DNA of 63,976 nucleotides, filler included, from Octopus bimaculoides (taxonomy: Eukaryota), in NCBI RefSeq assembly GCF_001194135.2. It is 4 parts of 3 records of this genome, joined end to end, with 100 filler letters (N's around TTAATTAATTAA, not from the genome) between each part and the next. Parts side by side here need not be neighbours in the genome. Positions count along the whole stretch, not along the records: positions 1 to 27,952 come from NC_068983.1; positions 28,053 to 39,915 come from NC_068984.1; 2 more parts are not named here. The stretch is one strand, 5' to 3'. Positions 25,163 through 37,350 of the stretch are shown here, piece after piece. The notes below the pieces were generated by a model that was not told the origin of the DNA, searched no databases, and worked only from the letters and a program-made list of their open reading frames with translations. The position numbers and the translations under genes are program-made. Position 1 is the first letter of the stretch, and every line of letters starts with the position of its first letter.

Positions 25163-25384
25163 CACTCATGTTAGCATTTGGAGGGAGTAGTTGGAATGTA
25201 ACAACGATAGAACCACGGCGAACAAGAAAATTTACTAGCCGCCGTCTGTCGAGAGGCTGAATCTCTATTATCTTGTCAATAATTATCTGTGGTAAATTTG
25301 GAATCTGATCTGCTTTAAGAAGTTCATGGTAATCCATATCCTCAAATATGACATTAAATATATATGGTGAAGAATAGGATGTAG
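25163..25384 (-). CDS. Exon 2 of 4: N-terminal part of a SEA-like domain
   Basis: Acceptor ttgcctttatttgcAG and donor g|GTAAGT; 222 nt, phase 1 to 1: TSYSSPYIFNVIFEDMDYHELLKADQIPNLPQIIIDKIIEIQPLDRRRLVNFLVRRGSIVVTFQLLPPNANMS. Contains the SEA-type GSIVV motif; lies within track ORF 25155..25427. Confidence 0.85.
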
Positions 25385-25469
25385 CTGCAAATAAAGGCAA
25401 GAAATAACAAGACACTTGAGCATACAAGAGAGTTGGAGAAGAAGGATGGCATATACATGTTTACAGGAT

Positions 25470-26540
25470 CTTCAGGTGTGGAAGCAAGGCCTGGAATCTA
25501 AGGGCCTTAGAGTTAATTTAGCAAAAGCCAAAGTCTTTAGTAAGTAGAAAAACAGACAAATCCCAAGTCCCTTCAGGGTATTAGTAGAAACTCCATTTGT
25601 TGTACCAGTATAAGCTTTGGATACATAAGAGGTGTGTAGTGGTATCAAAGGAAGGTTAATGGAGAAAATCGTTTTTGTGTGTGGTAAATGTGCAGATACA
25701 ATAAGCACTAAAAATGCACAGACAATAGACTCCCTCAAATGTTTGGTGGGATCATTAGATGTAGTAGATAGCTTCAGTTACCTAGGAGACCAAGTTAGCA
25801 GTAGAGGAGGAAATTCTGAAAGTGTTGTTGCTAGAATAAGAATGGGCTGGGTAAAGTTCAGAGAGCTTCTACCTTTGTTGGCAACTAAAGGCCTCACCCT
25901 CAGAGTAAAAGGCAAGTTGTATGATGCCTGTGTATGTACAGCTATGTTACATGGCAATGGAACATGGGTTTTGACCATGGAGGACTTGCAAAAGCTTGAA
26001 AGGAGTGAAGGTAGCATGCTCCACTAGAGGGGTAATGTCAGTGTGCATGCACAACAGAAAGTAAATGATTTAAGAGGAAAACTGGGTATAAAAGGCACCA
26101 GATGTTGTGTGCAAGAGAGAAGAAAATTGTGCTGGTTTGATCATGTGATGCTTATGGATGAGGACAGCTATGTAAATAACTGCTGAGCTCTAATTGTGGA
26201 GGGAACCTGTGGAAGAAGTAGACCTAGAAATATGTGAGATGAAGTGGTGAGAAAGGATTTTCAGATGCTGGCCTCACTGAGGAAAGGAGTTGTTGCAATT
26301 TGCTGTACTTGAAAAATGCATCAAGCTAATTAAGATCTTCCATACACACAGGCTTGTTCATTCAGGTACCAGTGCCACAGAAAATGCACCCATACCAGTG
26401 CTGCATAAATGCACTCATGCTGGTGGCTTGTAAAAAGCACCCAGCACACACTGTTAAGTGGTTGGCATTAGGAAGGGCATCCAGCCATAGAAACCATGCC
26501 ACAACAGACAATTGCAGTCTGGCCAGACGACGACGTCATC
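25470..26540 (+). mobile_element. RTE-type LINE 3' part with PHD-like insertion, intronic in the M8/SEA gene
   Basis: CSGIKGRL..FVCGKC...LDVVDSFSYLGDQVSS...ARIRMGWVKFRELLPLL...KGKLYDACV..AMLHG..TW, then WFDHV..MDEDS...GRSRPR; the 3' UTR shares motifs with the (CAT)n-tailed repeats. Confidence 0.85.
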
Positions 26541-26934
26541 GTCGCCACCATCGCTGTTGTTGCTGTACTGAGATATTTATTTTCAAAAATCATATCTGAG
26601 AAGGCAGGACAGAAAACTGCACTCGTAATCTTTTTATTGCTTTAATAATATGTCTAAATCAATTGCATTGCATTTACAATACTTAACAAAAAGATAAACT
26701 AGTGAAAGTACTTCTATGTGATTGCTTGATCTACTAGAAATAACAACCAAATCTTCAATGACAAGTCATCACACTGTGTCTCCAAGCAAAATTCATAACT
26801 CTGCTGGCCTCCTCATTTCATGGTTGAATGGAAAGCAATAACAAAGATAACCAACAGCCAAAATATTTAATTCAAGATTCAAAATATCAAATTTCCAAAT
26901 TTGAGGAAGATAAAAACCCACAGTAACAACTCAC

Positions 26935-27058
26935 TGGGTGGTTCTGCGGAAAACTTTTTCGTCCATCTCGGTGGTTTAGTGCCCGTTTCACGGTTAGCTT
27001 TGGTACATAAGACACTTAGAATTTTTGGACAAACTACCACTCCTTTATAACCAGGAAG
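26935..27058 (-). CDS. Exon 1 of 4 visible (internal exon) of a putative peptidase-M8/leishmanolysin-like membrane protein
   Basis: Acceptor ttttctttctttacttttAG and donor a|GTGAGT; 124 nt, phase 0 to 1, open: LPGYKGVVVCPKILSVLCTKANRETGTKPPRWTKKFSAEPP. The PGYxGxxxCP...LC pattern resembles the C-terminal end of M8-family proteins (recalled, not searched). Confidence 0.75.
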
Positions 27059-27996
27059 CTAAAAGTAAAGAAAGAAAATATATTAAGTGAGATTTTAAAT
27101 AGAAATTCACTCATAATGACGTTTTTTTCTTAATAAAATCACAAATTTTGTTATCAGTGAACAATTACATTTACTTATTTTAGGATACAAACATATTTAT
27201 ATGCACATTTACACAGACATGCATACACATACATACATTCACATCATCATCATCATTTAATGTCTATGTTCTATGTTGGCATGTGTTGGATGGTTCAACA
27301 GGATCTGACAAGTCAGAGGACTGCTTTGGGCTCTAATGTCTGCTTTGGTATGGTTTCTAAAGCTGGATGCCCGTCCTGGTGCCAACCACTTTACAGAATA
27401 AAATTTGGCTGCTTCAGAGCTGGTTGAGAGAGTTTCTGAGCTGATAATTAGTACTGAAGGACAATTCACTGATAACAATAATCACTTATTGTTATTCTTT
27501 TATTGTTTTCAGTTACTGGACTGTGGCCATGCAAGATCTCTCCTCTGCCTTCAAAGGTTTTAATCCATCATTTCAACACAGTATTTATTCCAACCAGGTA
27601 CTTATTTTATCAAATCATTATTTTTAAATTGCTACCATTTTGGCACTAAGGGACACAACTCCACGCCAGGTTACATAAGTAAACATCAGACCTAAAAATA
27701 CACACACACACAAACACATATTTGATTGTGCATGTGAATGCGAATGTGTATATGCGTCTCTCTCTCTCTCTCTCTCTCTTAGAAATGGCAGTAATTGTCA
27801 AAAACGCATGAAACTGAAGCCCAAAACTACTCCAGCTAGCATCAATCCATTTCAGAAAGGTTACCTTTTTCAGAAATATTGAAGAAAAATGTAAGGCATG
27901 CAAGATAGAACAACTCTTCCTTGCCATGTTTGCTCTCTCTCTCTCTCTCTCTNNNNNNNNNNNNNNNNNNNNNNNNNNNNNNNNNNNNNNNNNNNN

Positions 27997-28008
27997 TTAA
28001 TTAATTAA
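27997..28008. other. Artificial scaffold linker TTAATTAATTAA inside an N gap (also at 39960-39971 and 62642-62653)
   Basis: Identical 12-mer with stops in all six frames, centred in N runs of about 100 nt total at three places. Confidence 0.92.
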
Positions 28009-29319
28009 NNNNNNNNNNNNNNNNNNNNNNNNNNNNNNNNNNNNNNNNNNNNATATATAAACAGAGATAGAGAGAGAGAGAGAGGGAGAGTGTGTGAGAG
28101 AGAGAAACATGCAATATATATATATATATATATATCTAAATGTATCTATCTATCCATCTATCCATCTATCTGTTCTTTTATTTATCAACGCAATATTCGA
28201 CTCATCTTGTGCTTTCCTTTCCGATTCCGACTTATTTACTGTTTTATATCCTCTTTCTTTCATTCTTCCTTTCTCCCCAGCTTTCTTTATTTCCTTCTTT
28301 CATCTGTCGTTCATCTCTTCTCTTCCAAGATAGAACTTTCTTTGAGTACCAAAGTTCAATACAAGAAACTCTTCATTTCATCTATGCCGCTCTTTAAAGT
28401 TTTTTCTGAGAAAGGCATGAACATCTCAACGTCAATATACCTGTAATAAAATATTATACGAAACCTAACCAGTGAAAATGGATTCACTGAGTTTATTTAT
28501 TTATTTATTAGTAAAATAGCAGAAACCGTAGTGAACCGGATTTAAATTAAAAAAGTAAAAGAGAGAGAGGGGAGTAAAGAGAAGGAGAGAGGGTGAGAGA
28601 GAGAGAGGGTGAGAGAGAGAGAGGGAGAATGAAAGAGAGGAGTGGAAAGAAAAATGGTGATATCCTGCGATGGCATAAAATACAGAGTGAGTTCGGATAA
28701 GTTTGGATGTGGAAAAGAAGAATCTAACGTTTTGTGCAAATACTTTCGAGTGAGAGGGGTTTTTTTTCTCCATATTTCATGTCTCAACCGTTTCTTATCT
28801 TTCTATATCCACCCGGAGCCGTAGACTAAGAACGTCCCACTATGTAGCAATATTGATTTAGTTAGCTAAATCTCTTTCTCTCAATTTCTGTCTTTCACTC
28901 CTTCTCTGTTCCTCTTTCTCTCCCTCTCTTTCTCTCTCACCTCTCTTTTTAGAAATTTCTCGAAATGTTACTATGCTAGAGATCAATTTCTGTTTCCTTC
29001 ATGATCTAAAATAAATAAATAAATAAATAAATAAATAAAATATTCATTATTTCGTCTTCATTTCCAGATGTAGAAAAATACGTTACAGGAAAAAAATAAA
29101 ATTGCTGAGTCAGATTAATGAATACAATATTTAAACGAAATAAAATTACGTTAAATATTTAAAAAAAGATAACTATGAAGATTCCCCGTAGAGTTTTTTT
29201 GCCATTAATATCGATTCTAGAATGAGATGTAAGTCAATAGTTCCAGTGAATGTTCATCATGCCCTACTCACATACATCAAATAAAGTAACAAAAGCAAGT
29301 GGATCTTCGCTGGTTTCCA

Positions 29320-29935
29320 CGATGAGGATTCAGTTGTTTGATCAACTGAATCACTTGCTTATTGGATCAGAATATAAGTGGTTGAGTATTCCATAGAATT
29401 GGGTACCCCTAATATAATTCTCGTGCAGAATCAGTGTGGCACGATGTGTAACAAGACTGTACCTTTGAATTACAGGTATAATTCATCTGATAAGCTTCCC
29501 TACAGTTTCCATCTACCAAGTTTTACTCTCTTCGAAGCAATGGAAGAACACTATTATTCAAGATGCCATACACGAGGATCGAATCCGGGACCTCGTGATT
29601 AATCATCAATCTACTTAGCCATTTGGCGATGCTGTGTTAACGTAGGTACATCACGTCATTACGCTACAACACTGAGAAATGCATGGCTCTCCGCCGGTTA
29701 CAACGATGAGTGTACCAGCTGATCCGATCGACCGAACAAACTGCTCGTGAAACTAACAAGCAAGTGGCTGCATATTCTCAAAGAGATTCAGCGTGACACA
29801 GAATGTGACCGAGCTGGCCCTTTGAATTACTGGTACAATTCATTTTTTTCCAGCTGAGTGGAAATAAAGTGTCTTACTGAAGGACACAGTGCATCGTCGG
29901 GAATAGAGCTCACGACTTTACGATCAAGGTTGGAA
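29320..29935 (-). mobile_element. Two adjacent decayed SINE copies of a further family
   Basis: Both share gtgacacagaatgtgac/ggcacgatgtgtaacaag...ctttgaattac(a/t)ggtacaattcat and end in tRNA-like heads on the minus strand. Confidence 0.5.
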
Positions 29936-31425
29936 TCCCTGTAATCATCATATAGGCCAGTTCGATCAAAACTAAACTTCAAGCAAATAGCAATGACCAT
30001 AGCTAAACAGATTTCGTGAAGGAGGAAACCTCTACGTGTTTGCTCGAATTAATAGCGAAATCTCCCTCAAATCACATTCTGCGGTTTTAGAAAACAATAG
30101 CTTGTATAATGTCATACAATGTTCCTTGCACTTTGGAGAAAAGAAAGGATTGTCATAAAGGGATTGGCTTTGACTATATTATCAGCTCAGCCAGGGATGT
30201 GCTTGACAGGAGAAGAAGAAGAAGGAGGAGGCGGTGGAGGAGAAGAAGAAGAAGAAAAAGGAGAAGGAGAAGGAGGAGAAGTAGTAGTAGTAGTAGGGGA
30301 AGAAGAAGAAGAAAAAGAACAACAGTAACAACAACAACAACAATAATAACAACAACGCAATCACACAATATANNNNNNNNNNNNNNNNNNNNNNNNNNNN
30401 NNNNNNNNNNNNNNNNNNNNNNNNNNNNNNNNNNNNNNNNNNNNNNNNNNNNNNNNNNNNNNNNNNNNNNNNNNNNNNNNNNNNNNNNNNNNNNNNNNNN
30501 NNNNNNNNNNNNNNNNNNNNNNNNNNNNNNNNNNNNNNNNNNNNNNNNNNNNNNNNNNNNNNNNNNNNNNNNNNNNNNNNNNNNNNNNNNNNNNNNNNNN
30601 NNNNNNNNNNNNNNNNNNNNNNNNNNNNNNNNNNNNNNNNNNNNNNNNNNNNNNNNNNNNNNNNNNNNNNNNNNNNNNNNNNNNNNNNNNNNNNNNNNNN
30701 NNNNNNNNNNNNNNNNNNNNNNNNNNNNNNNNNNNNNNNNNNNNNNNNNNNNNNNNNNNNNNNNNNNNNNNNNNNNNNNNNNNNNNNNNNNNNNNNNNNN
30801 NNNNNNNNNNNNNNNNNNNNNNNNNNNNNNNNNNNNNNNNNNNNNNNNNNNNNNNNNNNNNNNNNNNNNNNNNNNNNNNNNNNNNNNNNNNNNNNNNNNN
30901 NNNNNNNNNNNNNNNNNNNNNNNNNNNNNNNNNNNNNNNNNNNNNNNNNNNNNNNNNNNNNNNNNNNNNNNNNNNNNNNNNNNNNNNNNNNNNNNNNNNN
31001 NNNNNNNNNNNNNNNNNNNNNNNNNNNNNNNNNNNNNNNNNNNNNNNNNNNNNNNNNNNNNNNNNNNNNNNNNNNNNNNNNNNNNNNNNNNNNNNNNNNN
31101 NNNNNNNNNNNNNNNNNNNNNNNNNNNNNNNNNNNNNNNNNNNNNNNNNNNNNNNNNNNNNNNNNNNNNNNNNNNNNNNNNNNNNNNNNNNNNNNNNNNN
31201 NNNNNNNNNNNNNNNNNNNNNNNNNNNNNNNNNNNNNNNNNNNNNNNNNNNNNNNNNNNNNNNNNNNNNNNNNNNNNNNNNNNNNNNNNNNNNNNNNNNN
31301 NNNNNNNNNNNNNNNNNNNNNNNNNNNNNNNNNNNNNNNNNNNNNNNNNNNNNATTTATGTTCCCGCGTGCGCGTGTTGGTGCTTTTGTTGCTGTTAGTG
31401 GTGTGGGTGGTGGTGGTGATGGTGT

Positions 31426-31461
<36 letters not shown>

Positions 31462-31728
31462 CAGTAGTAGTAGTAGTAGTTGTAGTTTTATTGTGATGCT
31501 GGTTGTTGTGGTATTGTTGTTGTTATTGGTGGTTGCTGTGAGGTTGATATTTGTGGTGGATCTTATGGCGGTGTTTGTGGTGCTGGTGCGGATGGTTATA
31601 GTGCGGCGCGCAGCTGTGGCATGAATGATGATCTTGGTGGTCGTGTTGGTGGTGATTGTTCTGACGGTGATAGAGACGTTGGAGGGGAATGCTAGATATG
31701 CTGTTGTTGAGTGTAACGGTTTCGTGTG

Positions 31729-31761
<33 letters not shown>

Positions 31762-31865
31762 GATCTAAGAGTATATTCCTGAACTCTTTATATACATTTA
31801 CGTGCATGTGAATTTATAAACGTAGATGCATATGTGTGAGCAGTGTTTATACGTCGTCATCATCT

Positions 31866-31899
<34 letters not shown>

Positions 31900-32094
31900 T
31901 TTGGTGGTGGTTGTAGTCTTCATGATTATGATGATGATGATGGTTTCTAACATACGCACAAGGTCAGAAACTTGGAGGAGTAAATTGATGTAAATAGATG
32001 ATCAGTGACGTAAATGGTACTCTATTTTATTAGGAAGTATCAAAGCAAAGATGACCTCATCGGACTCCGAAATCTATCTATCTATCATCATATA

Positions 32095-32620
32095 TGAAGC
32101 TAGCCTCCCACCAAAAACGATTGTTAACAACATTATCAAAAATACTTTGCACATATACATCCAGCTTCCTAAGTACGAAAAATGTTTAAGGTCAGATCAA
32201 ACTTAAATAACCAATGATTTCAACTCCAACATTACTTGCAACGGCCTGTTGGATTCAAGGTCTTTTGAAAGAAAATTATTTATCAATGTGAAGATAATGC
32301 CCAAAATTCTACCAATATTTACATGGATCTTACATCTAATCCTTTCAAATTTCGATATAACCAACATGCACATTTGTTTAGAAATACGAAACGGAGTAAA
32401 GACAGATTCACATCATCATTTTTATGGTAAATGAAACAAATAAATTTACGATTCAAATTGAAAATCATCTGGTGTGCAAAGTTCAGTAAAAGAAATAAGG
32501 AAACAATTTGTACAGATGAGACTTATTCAATAATTGTTTTCACTAAGAACTAACCCACTCGTGAATAGATTTTCGGAAAGGTTCTCTACATGAGATCATA
32601 ATATATTGAAAACATTTAAA
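32095..32620 (+). mobile_element. Penelope-like retroelement, decayed GIY-YIG endonuclease region
   Basis: Translation IYMDLTSNPFKFRYNQHAHLFRN...FLW*MK, then an NPLVNRFSERFS end, matches the YIGxTxxxFKxRYxxH..SF / LLNxRxE pattern of Penelope-type endonucleases; multiple stops and frameshifts. Confidence 0.65.
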
Positions 32621-35520
32621 CAATATACACTTAGCATAATTCCCTATAGTTTTTAAGCATTTTCATATTTCTCTCTATATTTTTTATATTTTTTATGTAC
32701 ACTTGTTTATACTTTCTCTGTATTTTATTTTCTAATCTAAGTATTCATTTATAAGAATATTTATTTTTATTTACCTTGTTAATTCTGCGTTGTTTTTATA
32801 CCATTCCAACTTATTTTTAACTTCTTACAAATACATAAATTAAAATAAACATTTAACATTAATCGCCAGCACAGACAATCCACCGACTCTTTCTATATTT
32901 ATATTGCCTCAATCATAAAGCTATTTAATTAGTAAATACTTTTCAAACTTTAGTTTGGATTTAAGGTTTAGATTTAAAAGTTTTTATCTTACCAATACAC
33001 TACTAATTTTGCATTTAAAAATATTTTTGACAAATCATTTCGTTGAAATATACAGAGAAGTCATTGCATTTCCAGTTGATAATAATTCATTTTTATTAAA
33101 CCCGCATATAAATCCCCATTTAGAGATAACCTGTCTCTGATTATCATAATCCACTTCAATAAAACCTGTATCTGTCCTATATTTTACAATGACATAATTT
33201 CATTGAATAAAATCTCTAATATAAATACCAAAGAGAAGGTACAGTTTTAAGTGAACTCACATTTAATTTCATTAAAACATTACTTAACCACTCGAAACCA
33301 AATATTTATAGCCTCGATACAATGAAAAAAATTATCTAATGTGTACAAAACAATGCTCCATACTTTTAGAAGAGCAACCCTTTAAGCTTCCATGATTTTT
33401 ATTCGTTTTCCCATGAGTGACTGAGACAAAAACAGGTATACATTAGACCCCTTTTTATTTTGCTGCTTGAAAAACTTTGGAAGAAGTGAAACGAGTTTAC
33501 ACATGTTCCAGTCAACATTATTAATTACAATGCTGAATCGAATCAAATTTTTTGTCTGCTTTGTTTCCAACAAGTAATACTCTCCTTCATTCTCTCTGTC
33601 TGTGTCTCTCACTCTCCTTTGGTATATATACACACACACACACGAACACACGCGCATGCCCACACACACGTATGGATTCATTCACTAATGCACATATATT
33701 TTTAATTAAGATGGGATTGACGCCTATATATATATAATGAATTGTGCTATTGGTTGAATATACACACTCTTGTAATATTGATTGTCAGCATATATGCGAC
33801 TGTATATCCTTATAAGAACAATCCTTCGTTCATTCATTTTTCATAATGTTATTGTGAAAAACTATAAACTTCATGACTCAAACTGTTACAAATACTACAC
33901 ACACACACTTTCTCGACTCTTTCACGTCGGTTGACCATGTATTTACAACAAGCAGCCATTGCAATTCATCATAATGCAGTACATAAAAATAAAATTTGAT
34001 AGAAAAACCCTAGGTAATAGCACCACAATCGTATATATAATTTCAGAAGCTATGAGAAGTGTGGAAGATTTACTCTTAGCAAAATATAAACATAAATTAA
34101 AAGCACAAATGCATCTCGGTTAACAAATCTATCCTGATATCATGACAGTCATATAATCATTGTGTTAAACAGTTAAGGGGAGTGATATGAGATTTACCAA
34201 AACCGCTTAATTTTAATAGAATAATTATAATATTATAATATATTGTATGACATAACATGCATTTAATTTGGTAGATCAACTTACATGCAAAATGTAATTT
34301 TATACAAAGATTATAAATATGAAAGAATAAGTTAAGTAAATTGAATCAAATAATTAACTAATTGGAATATATTATAAAGCATAACATGCATTCAATTAGG
34401 TAGATCAACTGACATGCAAAATGTGATTTTATACAAAGATTATAAAGGTGAAGGAATAAGTAAAGTATATTAAATCAAATAAGACAAAATACAATAAAAT
34501 AAAAGAGTTAATCTTAAACCTAACAAAGAATTAATATGCTATTGAAAGGATGTACTAATTACAGGGATAAATGCATGGTATAATAAAATATAATGTAAGA
34601 AAAATAAGGAGAAATTTTGTTGAATAAAAATATTATTATCAATATAGATTAGGATAAGAGATAAATAATAAGCAATTAAACCAGGTTAAAACCAAAGAGT
34701 ATTTTACATAATATATGTGGAATTAAGAACATATATCTGATATATTAATAATATAACATGAATTAAGAACTTATTACAGGTAAATAATTAGTGAAAATAT
34801 TAATGCCAATAATACATATTTACAGAGCAATACATCTGCTCATAATATGGTCCATTTACCTAATACCCCTGAAGTCAATGTTATACCTAATAACAGTGAT
34901 TATAGAATTAAAAGTATGGCGTATTTTATTTCCGATATATAATTAAGTTTTTTTTCTTCATTAGTCTTATTATTTCGTATCATTAGCACTAAAATTAGTC
35001 TCATTATTTCCTATTACTTAGTACTAAATGTGCCAAGTTAATAGCATATTGAGCCGATTCACGATTCACTGCTTCAATACACAAATAAGTTATCATTACC
35101 TCGGATAACATTTTCAGATATGCCCCCGTTTAAATTTGTTCCGGCTTAGCTGTCTTTATACATATTTTCCCCCCGCATCCCAGGTATGCATGTGGGCATT
35201 TTACGTAATTCATTGTAATTTATTTTATTTTCAATTTATTTATATATAAGTATTTCTTCTTACATGATGTTTATTTTCTTAATATTACCCTTACCCCTTA
35301 AGCATGTTTCATAGCATATTTACTTCCGGTTTATTTAATGTGTCTGAAATTAAAAATTTTTTAAACTCTTTCCTATCTAATAGTTTATTATTGTTTTTTA
35401 CCTTAAAGGCTTGAAATAAATTTCCTTAAGGGATGTATGGATATATTTTGTATTTTTGATATTTTCTCTTTCCATATTATTCTAGACTTGCAATTTATTT
35501 ATTTAAATTAAATTTTATTG

Positions 35521-35536
35521 CATTATTATTATTATG

Positions 35537-35586
<50 letters not shown>

Positions 35587-35588
35587 CA

Positions 35589-35673
<85 letters not shown>
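35521..35673. repeat. (TTA)n microsatellite
   Basis: Directly visible; similar arrays at 54139-54221, 54453-54500, 55041-55126 and 63356-63480. Confidence 0.95.
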
Positions 35674-35675
<2 letters not shown>

Positions 35676-36399
35676 TTAGAAATTATTTATCTCTTTCTGA
35701 TAACTTCGGTTAATACATATTTTGCCACTGTTTGCTTCTACTTGACTTAAATTTTATAACTTTAAGTTTTTGTATTACAATATTATAAGATAATATGATA
35801 TTATATAATATTATTATATATTTATATATACATGCGTTTTTCTGCTTCCTTTTCTCCTCAATACCCTATGATATTATATTAGTCTCTTCTTTTCTTCCTT
35901 TAAGACATAAAATATATACTACCTTCTCCCCCGATGTTAGATTGAGGCCTTCTATAACCGGCTCTTATTGTCGTACAGTGACCGTTGGTTTTGCGCTTAG
36001 TAGTATTGGCGATTCATCAGACTCAAAAATGGCCACTCTATGACCGGTCGTAACTTTTAACTTCCTAAAAATTACATTACTGCTCTAATGCTTTGGAGTG
36101 TGTTTCTTTAACGGACATGTGAACTACTGATAATGTATGTATGTATCTATGTATGTATTTTAATATTTCGCTTAGGCATAGCGAGACTAATAACCTGATG
36201 TAGAACTCAATATACATATGGTCAAGGATACAATGTTTGATGAGTATAGAGTAGTAATAGAAACAAGGAGATGACTCCGGAAAAAAAACAAAGGTTATGT
36301 TATGAACTTCATTTCTGCTATGAGATGCAGTAGATTCTTAGTTCAGGACCGGTATGACACCCTATCGCTAAAAATGAAAATAACACTAACATCTCCTTT

Positions 36400-37350
36400 T
36401 ACCAGATATATTTACCAAAATTAAATAAAAATATCTTGAAATACTAAAGAGTAAATTTATTCAATAAAATCACTATTAGCTTCAACCACGGCCTCCTGAC
36501 GACTTCGGAATCTCCTGTAGCTCTTCTGGACGGTCTCCTTGTTTAAGCTGGTGAATACAGCCATAATCATTGCCTTCAGTTCATCTTTGGTGTTACAAGG
36601 AGTTTTGTTGGTCTCTCGCTCAACTGCTGCCCACACACTCTATAGAAAATCTATAACTGCGGCCCACACACTCTATAGAAAATCTATCAAAGGGAGTTGC
36701 AGTCCGGGGAGTTAGGTGACCAGATGTTAGGGGTGATGTGGTCGCAGAAATTGTCTGACAACCATGACTGGGTTCTCCTGCTTGTGTGGCATGGTGCAGA
36801 CTCCTGTTGCCAGNNNNNNNNNNCAGAAATTGTCTGACAACCATGACTGGGTTCTCCTGCTTGTGTGGCATGGTGCAGACTCCTGTTGCCAGACATAGGG
36901 TTTTCCAGCAACCACTCTCTTGATCCAGGGAAGCACTACCTCCTCCAGGCACTTGAAGTAGGCCTCCATGTTGAGTTTGAGGCCGTATGGGAAGATGAAT
37001 GGAGGCATAACGTCGCCATCACTAGTGATCACTCCAAACACCATGTTGACTGGATGTTTATTTTTTATCACTCTCGGTACATGTCCTCAAATTGCACTGT
37101 CCTCAGATTGATACCCAAACACTCTGAAATGTTCTTATTGGAGCTTTCAACGCGAATGCCAAGCAGCACAGTATATAGTTCCCAAATGTCTGGCAGAGTG
37201 AATTGCGTCATGGTACTATTTTTCTCACAGACGGTGCCCAATCGATCCTACTGTACTGTATAGCCGACAAAATCAAAAACAAACAATGCGTTTGCGCGAA
37301 ATTAAAAATATATAAAATGGCGACAATTTAGCTATCGCATTTTGTACATG
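36400..37350 (-). mobile_element. maT/DD37D-type Tc1/mariner transposon, decayed
   Basis: MVFGVITSDGDVMPPFIF...YVWQQESAPCHTSRRTQSWL...WSPNSPDCNSL(D): 37 residues between the QQ[D/E] acid and the frameshifted final D; left boundary approximate. Confidence 0.82.

Noticed and set aside
27997-28008. TTAATTAATTAA as a homeodomain site or piggyBac target
   Set aside because: It occurs only centred within N gaps, so it is an assembly linker.
34200-35520. Possible mitochondrial insertion (NUMT) suggested by extreme AT content
   Set aside because: I could not recognise any mitochondrial protein, rRNA or tRNA motif on either strand.
36744-36893. 70-bp direct repeat inside the maT transposase
   Set aside because: The exact duplicate flanks a 10-N gap, typical of unmerged contig overlap.
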